Shown here piece by piece: positions 49,641 to 60,765 of a stretch of 64,000 nucleotides of DNA. The DNA is from Alloascoidea hylecoeti (lineage: Eukaryota), in assembly GCA_001600815.1 (NCBI GenBank), contig BCKZ01000005.1:9532-73531 (forward strand), given 5' to 3'. The notes beneath the pieces were generated by a model. The model was given only the letters and a program-made list of their open reading frames with translations, did not search any database and was not told the DNA's origin. Positions within the stretch are counted from its first letter, which is position 1, and each line of letters starts with the position of its first letter. A program made the translations under genes and the position numbers.

Positions 49641-50700
49641 CTAAGCCCTTTTTGTTCTACCATAGAATGGCCAGGAATATTGCTTAGCTTGNTAAAGTCT
49701 AATACCAAGTGCATCGGCCCAACACCATACTAATGCTGGATCTTTTAAGAAACCTCGTCCAACTAATATTAAGTCTAAATCTTTTTGAAGTAATGATTCT
49801 GCTACCTTTGGATCACTGATACCCTCAACAACCGAAACAAGAAGCTTGTCCCTAACAACTTCCTTAATCGCATGAGAATAAGGTGCTTGGTACGCTGGTT
49901 CCTTACTAGTTGGAAGTTTCTGGTCAGGATTGTTTCCAAAAGCTGAAATATCAATAAGATCAACTTTGCCTTGTTCTGCCAATTTTAACGCTAGCTTTTT
50001 GGTGTCCTTCAATTCTCAAGACTCGGGGTATTTTATTTTGTCATGTTCCAAACCTTCGGTGGCGGATATACGCAAAAACAGCGGGGTACTATCAGGAATA
50101 ACATCTCTGACACCCTCAATCAGTTCAAATATACATCTGGTTCTATTTTCAAATGATCCACCGTATTTATCTGCTCTTTTGTTAGATACTGGAGATAAAA
50201 ATTGACTCATAAGATATCCATGAATCTCAATGACGTCAAACCCAACATCAATTGCTCTTTTAGCCGCCGAAGAAAAATCATTCTCAAGTCTTTCGATATC
50301 TTTCAATGACAATTCCTTGGGATTTGGAAGTCCGTCATCGTATTTAATTGCAGATGGAGCCACGACACCATTAGGCCATCCATCGGCTTCCTCAACTGCA
50401 GTATCTTTAAAACTGATAAAAGGAGCAACAGTACTTCCTTTTCTTCCGGAATGTGCCAATTGAATACCGATATGTTGACCTTGAGAATGAACAAAATCAA
50501 CAATTTTCTTCAATTCTTTTGCCTGTTCATCGTTCCAAATACCAAGATCTTCAGGTGTGATTCTGCCTTCTGGAGAAACTGCCGTAGCCTCAATGATTAT
50601 AAGTGCAGCGCCATATGCAGCAAAAGAACCATAATGTTGTAGATGCCAAGCAGTTGCAATACCATTGTTAGCCGAATACTCGCACATTGGTGAAACCTTT
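49641..50700 (-). pseudogene. Old-yellow-enzyme / NADH:flavin oxidoreductase (YqjM-like) pseudogene
   Basis: VSPMCEYSA, EATAVSPEGRI, GIQLAHSGRK, YGGSFENR, GRGFL. N-terminus is missing, IEIH(AAH)GY is shortened to IEIHGY, and TGA stands at 50016-50018 where PESW is expected. One N at 49692. Confidence 0.8.
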
Positions 50701-51240
50701 TAATAAACATGTGTATCTTTACCACCAGTAACAACATATTTCCCATTAGGACTTATGGAGACGGTTAAAATATCATCAACATGTTCCTTAAACTCAGCTT
50801 TATAATCTTGAGATTTTTGAATTTGTTGTTTTTTATTTAAGCGTTTGCCTTTTGTGAATTTTACTCTCTTTGGTGTAATATTCCCTTTATCAAAATTTGT
50901 AAAATCCCATTTAGCTAATGTTAAATCCTTTGAAGTAGTATTATAAATATAAGGAAATTTAGCATCAATACAAGTAAATGGAAGATTCTCCTAATTTCTT
51001 AACTTTTGCAATTGATTCATCAATTAAGAAATGGTCAGCTAAAAATCGATAAACTTTACCTTTTGATTCTGCAGTATCATCCTTCAACCTTCTTGCGATG
51101 TTATCTCTATCTAAGTCTGCTGCGTCAAAACCATCTTCCAACTCATTTTTGCTTAAACTATCCAAGTAGTTTTTAGCCTTTCTATGTCTTACATCTTCTG
51201 CGGTTTCGAACTCTATTTCACTTTCGGATTCACTGTTGTA
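50701..51240 (-). pseudogene. RRP9: Fragment of U3 snoRNP protein Rrp9 gene (N-terminal region + first WD repeats)
   Basis: ETAEDVRHRKAKNYL, GFDAADLDRDNIARRLKDDTAESKGKVYR, then after a frameshift TTSKDLTLAKWD..EHVDDILTVSISPNGKYVVTGGKD. It stops abruptly at the OYE junction. Confidence 0.75.
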
Positions 51241-51648
51241 GTGTATCAATCCATTGAGCATGCACATAAGATGAGCTGTCAAATTCAATTGTAATTCCAA
51301 CTTTTTGGCTGGCGAGAGGTAACTGAGAATTAAAGCTAGCATCATTACCTCAAGTTAGTTCCAATTCTGTTATATTTTAATAGATTTGATTTTGAGTTAA
51401 TAGCTAGTGGGGAATAGCTGGTGGTACAAGTTGGAGTATTCCAGCTCAATATATAATTGCTATTGACTCTTCAGCTATTTCGAATTTCAAAACATGGGTA
51501 ATTATTACATTTATATTAATCAATTATATGAACTTGCAAGAGCATATTAATTCTTTATTTATATAGCTGATGGTTCCTCTTTTCCTTTCTTTTCTTTGCT
51601 TTTCGAATCTTGATTCTCATACCTAAAACACTCTTTTGATACCAATTA

Positions 51649-53437
51649 ATGTCACTACCCAATTTATTACTCGATGAAGATAAGAATTTTGATGAATCGA
51701 CTTCACAAAATCAAAGTGTGAATTTAAAATTAAGAATAAATCCTACAACAAATACAACAACACGAGCAACGCAAACTGCTTCGAATTTTGATGTCGGTCG
51801 TGAAACTGAAGGAAAAAATATTATAATTTGTTTTGATGGAACTAAAAAAGATTATGATACAATGCCATATCCTTATTCAAACGTTTTAAGACTGGTTAAT
51901 ATATTAGAAATTGATTCTGCAAAGCAGGTGTGTTATTACCAACGTAAGTTAATCATTAGTAGCTATACCATGTCGATATAATCATGAATTATAAAGCATG
52001 AATTATAAATATTAACTTTATACACTATATAATTTGCCTAAAGCTGGATTTGTTAAACCAGTCCCTGAACATGATAGACAATCATGTTTGTATTATGGAT
52101 CAAGATTTCTTAGAGATATAAAATGGTGGTTCCGTTCTCATTTCACATCAATTACCAAAAAATATGTATTATTGGCATATAAATATCTTATGAGGACATA
52201 TAGAAGTGGATATAATATTTATTTCTTTGGATTCAGGTATAAATATTAGTTATTGAATATATATTTTTTATTCGCCAAATATCTAACTAATTTTATAGCC
52301 AAGGTGCCTTGATAGCAAGAATTTTAGCCGCAATGATTGAAAAGGTAGGATTATTAAGTCATGGTCTGGAAGAAATGATACCTTATGCTTGGAATATTTA
52401 CTTATCTTGGGAACTTGCTGGACAACCAAGTATGAAATCTAAGACAGGATATTTAACTGCTCAAGTAAGTTTATCATTTTAATTTAAATCTCGTTGAAGT
52501 TAATAATTCTAACCTTAATGGCCGATAGTTTAAATTATTGTTCTCCGATCATAATATCAATCTTTGTTTCATGGGATTATGGGATTCAACTAATGAAACT
52601 CATTCATTTTGGGATACAGCGTTTCCATTTAGTCCTAGAAATGATCAAGTTAAATATATTCGACATGCTTTAAGTATTGATGAAAGAAGAGCTAGTTTTA
52701 AACCAGGTACCTTTCATTCTTCAAATGAAAAATATAATATTCATCATCAAGCAGAAGAAATAGACGATCCAAATCGCGTGCATTCCGATATAGTCGAGAT
52801 GTGGTTTCCAGGAGATCACGCTGACATCGGTGGAGGCTGGCTAAAGGATTGTGATGGTGAATATTTAGCATTTATACCTGGTCGTTGGATAATTGGAGAA
52901 GCGTATAAATTTGGGGTTATATACAAAATGGATAAAATTAAAAATAATCTTGAAAGTTGGAGCTCCAACTCTTTGTTACTTGCGAGGGATCATGATTATT
53001 TATCTTTTAAATCAAGCAGATTGAATAAATGTCAAACTTTAGAAAATGATGGAGCACTAATACGAGATAACATTAACGCTACTAGTAATGATCAATGTGA
53101 TGATAGACCTGGATTAGTTTATAAAGAAGATTCATTTGCAGGGCATGGAAATAAATCAATGCTTCGAACTATTGGCTGGTGGCTTTTAGAGATTCTTCCA
53201 ATTCCATATAGGATTGAGAATGTGAAAAGAAGATGGGTTAAAACTTATAAACCAAATTTTGGACGTCGCCGAAACATCTCAAGTAATGCTAATATTCATT
53301 GGAGTGTAAAGTGGAGAATGAAACTAGTCAATAGTTATAATCCAAAGAATTTACCTTCTTCTTTTGATAATCGAATTGAAGAAGATGATACTATACCTGA
53401 TGATTTTAAAGATTTTTGGAAGATTTATGATAGTTAA
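51649..53437 (+). CDS. DUF2235 (Tle1-like) copy 2, 4 exons
   Basis: Same motifs and intron positions as copy 1; spliced GFSQGA; WFPGDHADIGGG. Introns 51944-52043, 52237-52298 and 52465-52528. Confidence 0.85.
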
Positions 53438-54673
53438 ATATATATACGTACTAGGTAGTATCCTCATTATATCCTTAAAAATTCAATATAAGCTTATATA
53501 AGTTATATGCTCAAAGCACTAAAGTACAGCACTAATATTAAACAATCATAAAAGGGATAATTGATGAAATTATTTTCTTTTTGTGACAAATATTTTTACT
53601 CTCCTTATAAATCTTGAGCTTCGCTCTCAGGCCCAACTCCAACTTCTCTTTCGTAAGGCCAAATCCCAAGAGCAAATAACACTTCTTATTCTTCCATTAT
53701 CTCTCCTTTAGTTTGTATTGTGTTAGTCAACATCACTTTGGATTTGCGCATAGGTTAACGCCCAATTCAAGAACGTTAACGTGTACAAGTAATGAAAATG
53801 CTCGAACTAGTCTTAGAATTGAATTTGTGGAATGATTCGTTAATCTTTATAAATTTAAGCTTCAAATATATGCCTTATAACTTATATGGATAGAATTAAT
53901 TATGTGGCTAGTAGTCCTAATACTGCATGCTACAGAAGATAATCCGGAATTAATATTATAACTAAGCAGCTTGTTAACATTGATCAAAAAGAAATTAAGT
54001 TTATCTTCAAGTTTTGGGAACTTGAAATTTGATACTAATTCAAGATATATAGCTCTTCCTTGGTTTCAAAGGTCTGAATGATTCAGATATTGTTTTAAAC
54101 TGTCAGTTAAAAATGGGATACTTCTTTCAATTATAAGAATATTAATATTAGTGATTAATATTCAAGATCATAAATAATTCTCTAACATATACAATTGGGT
54201 AAAAACTGAAGTTGCTAAGCTTTTTTAAATACCGCTCCAAACAATAGCCCATCTTCTTATTTGCTGGTATAACACCTCCAATTAAAAAGCCTGCAACCAG
54301 ATTACGATTCAAACTTAATTGGGAAATATTATATTACATGCATATGCATATAGCTAATTAAGTTTATTCAATTGACACCACATGAGAAACTATTAGAGTT
54401 TGTATTGTTATGTTCCAAGTTTATCGATCTAATTGAATTGAGTACCAAATTAGGAAATAACAGGTACATTTCGGGGTAATCCAGCTCAATTTATAATAGA
54501 GATTGGGTTATCCGCTATTTGGATCCTTATTATAGCTAGATTCAGGAATGTCAGATAAAATTATATTTTCATCTGTATTTATAATTAATCATTTCGCCTT
54601 TTTTTGTTTTCTTTTTTGATTTTTGATATCTATAGCTTTTTTAATTATTTATTTATCTATTTAACAATAACAA

Positions 54674-56649
54674 ATGTCATTACAAACTTCACAACTAAAT
54701 AAAGATAATTGTATCGATGAAATTATTTCATCAACTACTTTTCAGGATGAAAAAGCTATTTTAAAATTAAGAACAAACAATATATCTAAAACAAATATTA
54801 CATCATCAGTAATTCCCTTTAATTCTGCCTCACCACCACAACCAGTTGATGAGCCCCGAGGGAAAAACATTGTACTTTGTTTTGATGGAACTAAAAAAGA
54901 TTTCGATTCAGTGCCATATCCTTATTCAAATGTTTTGAGAATGGTCTTTATATTGGAAACTGAAAGTTCAGAACAAGTTTGCTATTATGAACGTAAGTCA
55001 ACAATTATATGACATATAAGATGAAATATATATTAACCTATTTATATTCTTAAAGCTGGAACGGTTTCGTTCATTCCTAAACATGATAGACAATCAATTT
55101 TTTATCGAGTGTCAAAACTTAAGAGGGATATGAAAGACTGGTATCATACTCACACCGCAGCTCTTATAGAACATAATATATTAAAAGCATATAGATATCT
55201 TGTGAGGAACTATGAAATAGGATCTAAACTTTATTTCTTTGGCGTTGGGTATAATCATTTTATATATATGATTTATGAGTATATAACAATATCTAACTTA
55301 TAACTAACTAACTTTATAGTTTGGGCGCATTAACAGCCAGAATTTTAGCAGCAATGATCGAAAAAGTGGGAGTATTAAATCACGGTATGGAAGCAATTAT
55401 TCCTAATGCTTGGAATATTTATAAAGCTTGGGAACTTGCTGAGCAACCAGGTCCAAAAACTAGGAGAAGTGAAATTCTTGATCTAGTAAGTTTATCATTT
55501 AATTACAATATTTTTGTTAGAAATAAAAATTCTAACTCTTATGGATTCAAACGGTAGTGTAAATTATTATTCTCCCATCGTAAAGTCAACCTTTGTTTCA
55601 TGGGATTATGGGATTCAAATAATGCAAGTTCATCAATTGGAGATTATGATTTCCCATTTACTCCTAAAAATGATCAGATTGAACATATTCGACACGCTTT
55701 AAGTATTGATGAAAGAAGAGCTAGACTGAAACCAAATTCTTTTCATCCTTATTATTGTAGAACAAATGAAAAGAAAAAACTGCCAAATAAATGGCTTCAA
55801 CCTCATCTACCTAAATATGGTACTAGGATTAAAAATTTAAAAAAGAAAAAAGTGACAGCTAGATATAAATATGAAGATGGAAATTTAAAGAAATTTACAT
55901 GTACAAAAAACCAAACAGAAAAAGAAACAGAAACAACTATAGAAATAGAAGAAGATCCAAAATTAAAACGTCCACCTTCAGATATAGTTGAAATGTGGTT
56001 TCCAGGTGATAATTTCGATGTCACTGGAGGTTGGTTACCAGATTGTGAAGCATATGGTGAATATTTATCATTTATACCAGCTCGTTGGATGATTGCTGAA
56101 GCATTTAAATTTGGTGTTCTATACAGAATGGCTGAATTAAAAAGAACTACAAATATAAATTGGGGATTAAATTTTTCATTATTAGCAAAAGATCATGATT
56201 ATTTATCTTTTAAATCAAGTAAATTAAAAAATTGTCCAACAAAAACTCCACCAACAAAAGATTCTCTAAATGTTTTTGGTAATGTTCCTGGTTTTCCTGG
56301 AAATGAAGAATGTGATGAAAATGGATTAATTTATAAAGAAAATGCTTTTGGAGGTCATGGAAATAAATCAATATTTCGAACTCTTGGTTATTGGATATTG
56401 GAGATATTCCCAATTCCACATAGAACTCAAAATGAAGAAAGAAAATGGGTTAAAACTTATAAACCAAATTTTGGACGTCGAAGAAATATCCCAAGTAATG
56501 CCCAATTCCATTGGAGTGTAAAATGGAGAATGAAATTGGCTAATAGTTATAATCCAAAGAATTTGCCCTCTTCTTTTGATAATCGAATTGAAGAAGATGA
56601 TACTATACCTGATGATTTTAAAGATATTATCAAAGATAACTTATTATAG
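54674..56649 (+). CDS. DUF2235 (Tle1-like) copy 3, predicted catalytically inactive, 4 exons
   Basis: Intact spliced ORF (introns 54993-55055, 55249-55319, 55486-55557), but the nucleophile motif reads GVGLGA and the His motif reads WFPGDNFDVTGG. Confidence 0.82.
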
Positions 56650-56659
56650 TAATTATAAT

Positions 56660-56945
56660 ATTAAATGGACGAAATTAAGAGATCTAATGAGAAGATGAAG
56701 TTCAAACTTTTCATTACTTGCTAAAGATGTATATTTATCCTTCAAATCAAGTAAAATTTGAGTATTAACCATATGGCTTATAAAAGCTACAATTTTACTG
56801 TGGACGTGGCTTTGAAGCTAGAATATTTTGAATTACAGAGGCGATTTAAACATGGATCCAAATTTCGACAAATAACAACAAAATCCCATTAGCGTTTCTA
56901 ATGGAGAATGAATAATCTTCTTTTGATTATCGAATTGATGATCTG
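56660..56945 (+). pseudogene. Heavily decayed relic of the 3' part of a fourth DUF2235 copy
   Basis: Collinear patches resemble the last exon: ATGGACGAAATTAAGAG, AACTTTTCATTACTTGCTAAAGAT, TTTATCCTTCAAATCAAGTAAA, ATGGAGAATGAA, TCTTCTTTTGATTATCGAATTGATGA. Confidence 0.65.
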
Positions 56946-57055
56946 TTAAATCAGGATATTACTTAGCATAAATCCGGGTAATACGCCTTTAATCTTCATT
57001 TCTTCCACTTTTCTATTCAAATATTTTTCATCAATAATTGATATTTGAAAAGACA

Positions 57056-57794
57056 ATGCCCACCTCTTCAACTTCATTTGCAACTGGATTGCTCTTAACC
57101 TGTACGTTGATCCCTTATTTGATTTGTGTTGCTTTATTGCCCAGGTTCATTTATCTAATCTGATCTGAGACATTGACCTTCTTTTTATGTAGCTGTGTCC
57201 TTCTCTCTTGGAGTTATCTATGGAAATGTTCCATATGATTACAACACACTTTGGAAGGCGGGTGTTTCCGATATTGATTTTACGAATTCTGTGAATCATT
57301 ATAAACAGTGGGGAAGTTTACCACAATATATTTATCATTTACATCATTTTATGATGGCATTAGGATTCATTGGTATATTTATTAAATTATACAAACCAGA
57401 TGATTCTAATACTTTATTTGATGGAGGATCATTATTATTAATTGTTGTTTCTGTTGTTGTTTATATTGCAAATATCAGAGTTGGTATGAATAGTGCGATT
57501 TATGATACTTGGGGGGATGTTGATCAAAATACTGGTGTGAATGTAATTGCTGCTAGTGAAATTATGGTTGTTTTTCTTATATTGGGTATCTTTGGTTTAC
57601 AATTTGGTCAATTTTGGGCTGAAAGAGAAGATCGAAAGATAAGAGCTAAATTTGAAGCTGAAGAAAAAGCCGAAGAAAAAGCAAAGAAAGAAATAGATAA
57701 TGATAATACTAAGGTTGAAACTTCTGCTAAAACAACATCTTCCAGTACTACCTCAACTGATACAAAGAAGAAGGGAAAAAAGGGAAAGAAATAA
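57056..57794 (+). CDS. SHR3: ER packaging chaperone for amino-acid permeases Shr3, 2 exons
   Basis: SFATGLLL..SFSLGVIYGNVPYDYNTLW, IKLYKP..LFDGGSL, WGDVDQNTGVNVIAASE, GLQFGQFWAE, charged tail. Intron 57102-57192. Confidence 0.9.
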
Positions 57795-60345
57795 AATTTT
57801 AAAATTTATTAATTAAATTATCTACAATCTAAATTTCAAATTACAAATTTTCAAGTGTCAAAATGTCAAATCAAAACTTAATTCTATTATTGGGATGAAA
57901 TAATGCCTTTTTAATGGTTCAATATCACATTTTTCTTTTTAAAAAAACATTTATTATTATCATATCATATCATACTAATAAATTATATATTTTTATAATA
58001 ACTTATGTTATTTTCTTTGTAGTTTCTTTATGTAAGATTTTTAAATAACCATTTAATTGAAAAACTAAAAATTAAAAATTAAAAATGTTGTGTCCTTAAA
58101 CTTTCTTTATTTATTCTTACGATATGCATGTGAAAGTGAAAAATAAATATGCACGTCCCTTAATGAAGTACAATAATTACACTTAAATTAAGCCATTATG
58201 ATTACTAATAATCGGCGATCCCATGATTATTTTTTGACCGTATTATTACTCGCGTGACCCTTAAATATGCAGGGGATAGATCAACTTCAAATATCAAACT
58301 TGGCCGAAAGTTAGGGGATGATCGAAATTAAACGGAAAACACTGATACAATGGGAATGAAAACACAAAATCTATCAGAAATGTCTGGGGAACAAAAACAT
58401 AATTCCAATAACTTGACCAAAATTGAAAAACTCTCTCGAATGTCCTCTATCACGCTTCTTCGTTTTTAACTGAAATGCTAATTTGTCGTAGGTTAAAGAT
58501 TTCACGTATACCGTATAGAGTCTATAGACCCCCAAACTTGAAGTAGACTAAATTCACTACATTCAACTATCGATTTAAAAAAAAAAAAAAATTCTTCAAA
58601 TTCAAACTATACCATACATGGCATAATACTCGGATGAGTTAGCATACTCCGATACCACAACATTGTTTCTGTTGCAACCACTGATTAATTTTTAACCAGC
58701 AACAAAGGTAAGTTACAATAAACACTACTTCCTTTCATAATTCTGATAATCTTTATTCAATATCTTCTCTCCGTAATTATCTCTATGGTGTGAGAAATTT
58801 TTTAAAATTTATTACTCAATAAATCCATTCAAAAGACACGATTTTCATTATCCCACGACTAGTTGGAAGTTATCATATTGATATCATATGAAACCTCTAT
58901 AATCAGATAATGGTATAGATAATTTTTTAAACCGATTATCATAATGTAGTATGAGAATTGAGAAGATCTATAAGTTCTGCACAAAATACAAAAAAGTTCC
59001 ATTTTAAAACAACCACCATAATTTAAAGTGGCACGTTTAAGGACTCTAATGAATGAGAACGATCCTGAGAACAAGCTCATACTCTAAGTAGTTGAACATA
59101 AGAAACAATACATGAAGATGTCGTATTTGAAAATTTCCATCAAGGAACGGGATAACAAAGCATCATTGTTCTGTAAAGTATCGTATACTCTATAAATGAG
59201 CCAGTAAATGATGTGTAGTAGTGTAGTATTGCAATTGTGTACACATTCTTAAGTGAAGATCCAAAATATTATATACTTTACTTGGAGAAGCTTTTAATAC
59301 ATCACGTATTTCGAATCTTTTTGAAACAGCTAATTAGGTATTACGGAAGAATGAGTTCAACGATTTATCCATCCAATGCTCCTCAAATTAGATTCCCGAT
59401 AGAAGAACTAATCATAATCATTACTATATATTGAATGTGTATCTGCAAATAGTAGAAGAGCTACAGAGATGAACATTTTTGAGAAAAAGACAATGAGATG
59501 ACACCAGCATAGATTCCGGAAGATACAAATAAACGAGCCAAAGGTGGGGTCTTAACTTATACGGGGATTGGGTATCAAAGGGTATTTGATGTTACGATGG
59601 TTGAAGTCCTAGGGGTTGTTTCTTCCTTATACCAATCGCGAAAAGGGACAAATTATCTTCCTTGGAGACCATTTCAGTCATATTTCGTTTTAATTTGTGT
59701 AACAAAATTTATTAAAAATGCTGTGATACCAATTATTTTGTCTGTGCGAACTAGTTTTTAGATGTTTCAAGCTATAGCCAAGGAAAAAAAAAGCTGAAAG
59801 AGAATCACAAGATCTTGAAGCTTGTGATAAACCATATCAGCCCCAAAATGTGCAAAATTATAACCTCTAGTTTCATTTATAATAGAACTTGAAAGTTTAA
59901 GAGTTTATCAGTTTTTGTCATTGTGTGATTGGGTATACTACATAGTTGCTTCAGTCATTTAATTTATATTTTCTGTGTTATCTTCTTAAACTATCTAGGA
60001 TATAAGTTTCTAATAATTTACAGTGATTTCACTTAATTTCGGATATTCATATTACTAATTATCGGAAAACTACTTAAAAGAGTGGGATGAACCCAGATAA
60101 TCAATAATGATCGACATACGATGTATATAAATGTTGAAATTTAATACATGTTCCAGATGATCTTGTGAGTGTTTCCATCCCTCATTATTCGGATGGAATA
60201 GATTTAAATGTGACACAAACTGATAGAAGTCAGAAAGAGTGAAGGCAAATGAATGTTTCACGAACAAAAATATAATATCCTCCAAAATTGAAAATGTTTT
60301 AAAGCATTTAAACCAACATATAGCCTTATATACCCTTAGTTTAAC

Positions 60346-60765
60346 TCAAATAATAACTTTAGTAAGTAATGCTTTTAAAAAAACTAAAACAATTAAAATA
60401 AACATAATTGAAAGAATACAACTGCCATAATTAACAGGTTCATTTATGGTAGAACTTGGATATTTAAGAGTATTGCGATTCGTTTCAGTCTTGATAGATC
60501 TCAGAACTTTAAGAGTTTTGCAATTGGTTTTATCCCTGATAGAACTTTGAAGTTCAAGAGTTTTGTGATTCATTTCAGTCTTTATAGAACTTTGAAGTTT
60601 AAGAGTTTTGCGATTCGTTTCAGTCTTGATAGAGCTCGGAACTTTTTCTTTAAGAGTTTTGCAATTGGTTTTATCCCTGATAGAACTTTGAAGTTTAAGA
60701 GTTTCGTGAGTGGTTTTAGTCATGATCGACTGGAGTTTAAGATTTTTACGATTAGTTTCCTTCAT
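60346..60765 (-). CDS. Putative small orphan protein: basic 15-aa repeats plus C-terminal hydrophobic helix
   Basis: 139-aa ORF with ~7 units like KTETNRKTLKLQSSI, then ILSIMFILIVLVFLKALL at the C-terminus. Unit lengths keep the frame open. Confidence 0.4.
   Translation of the reverse strand: MKETNRKNLKLQSIMTKTTHETLKLQSSIRDKTNCKTLKEKVPSSIKTETNRKTLKLQSSIKTEMNHKTLELQSSIRDKTNCKTLKVLRSIKTETNRNTLKYPSSTINEPVNYGSCILSIMFILIVLVFLKALLTKVII
60466..60765. repeat. ~45-bp tandem minisatellite, ~7 units
   Basis: Units start AAGAGTTTTG-like at ~60466, 60511, 60556, 60601, 60652, 60697 and 60739; the 60511 and 60652 units are near-identical. Confidence 0.85.

Noticed and set aside
50016..50018. TGA as Trp (recoding or readthrough) in the OYE gene
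   Set aside because: Other genes use TGG for Trp and TGA as stop. The same gene has an active-site deletion and no N-terminus, so a TGG->TGA mutation in a pseudogene is simpler.
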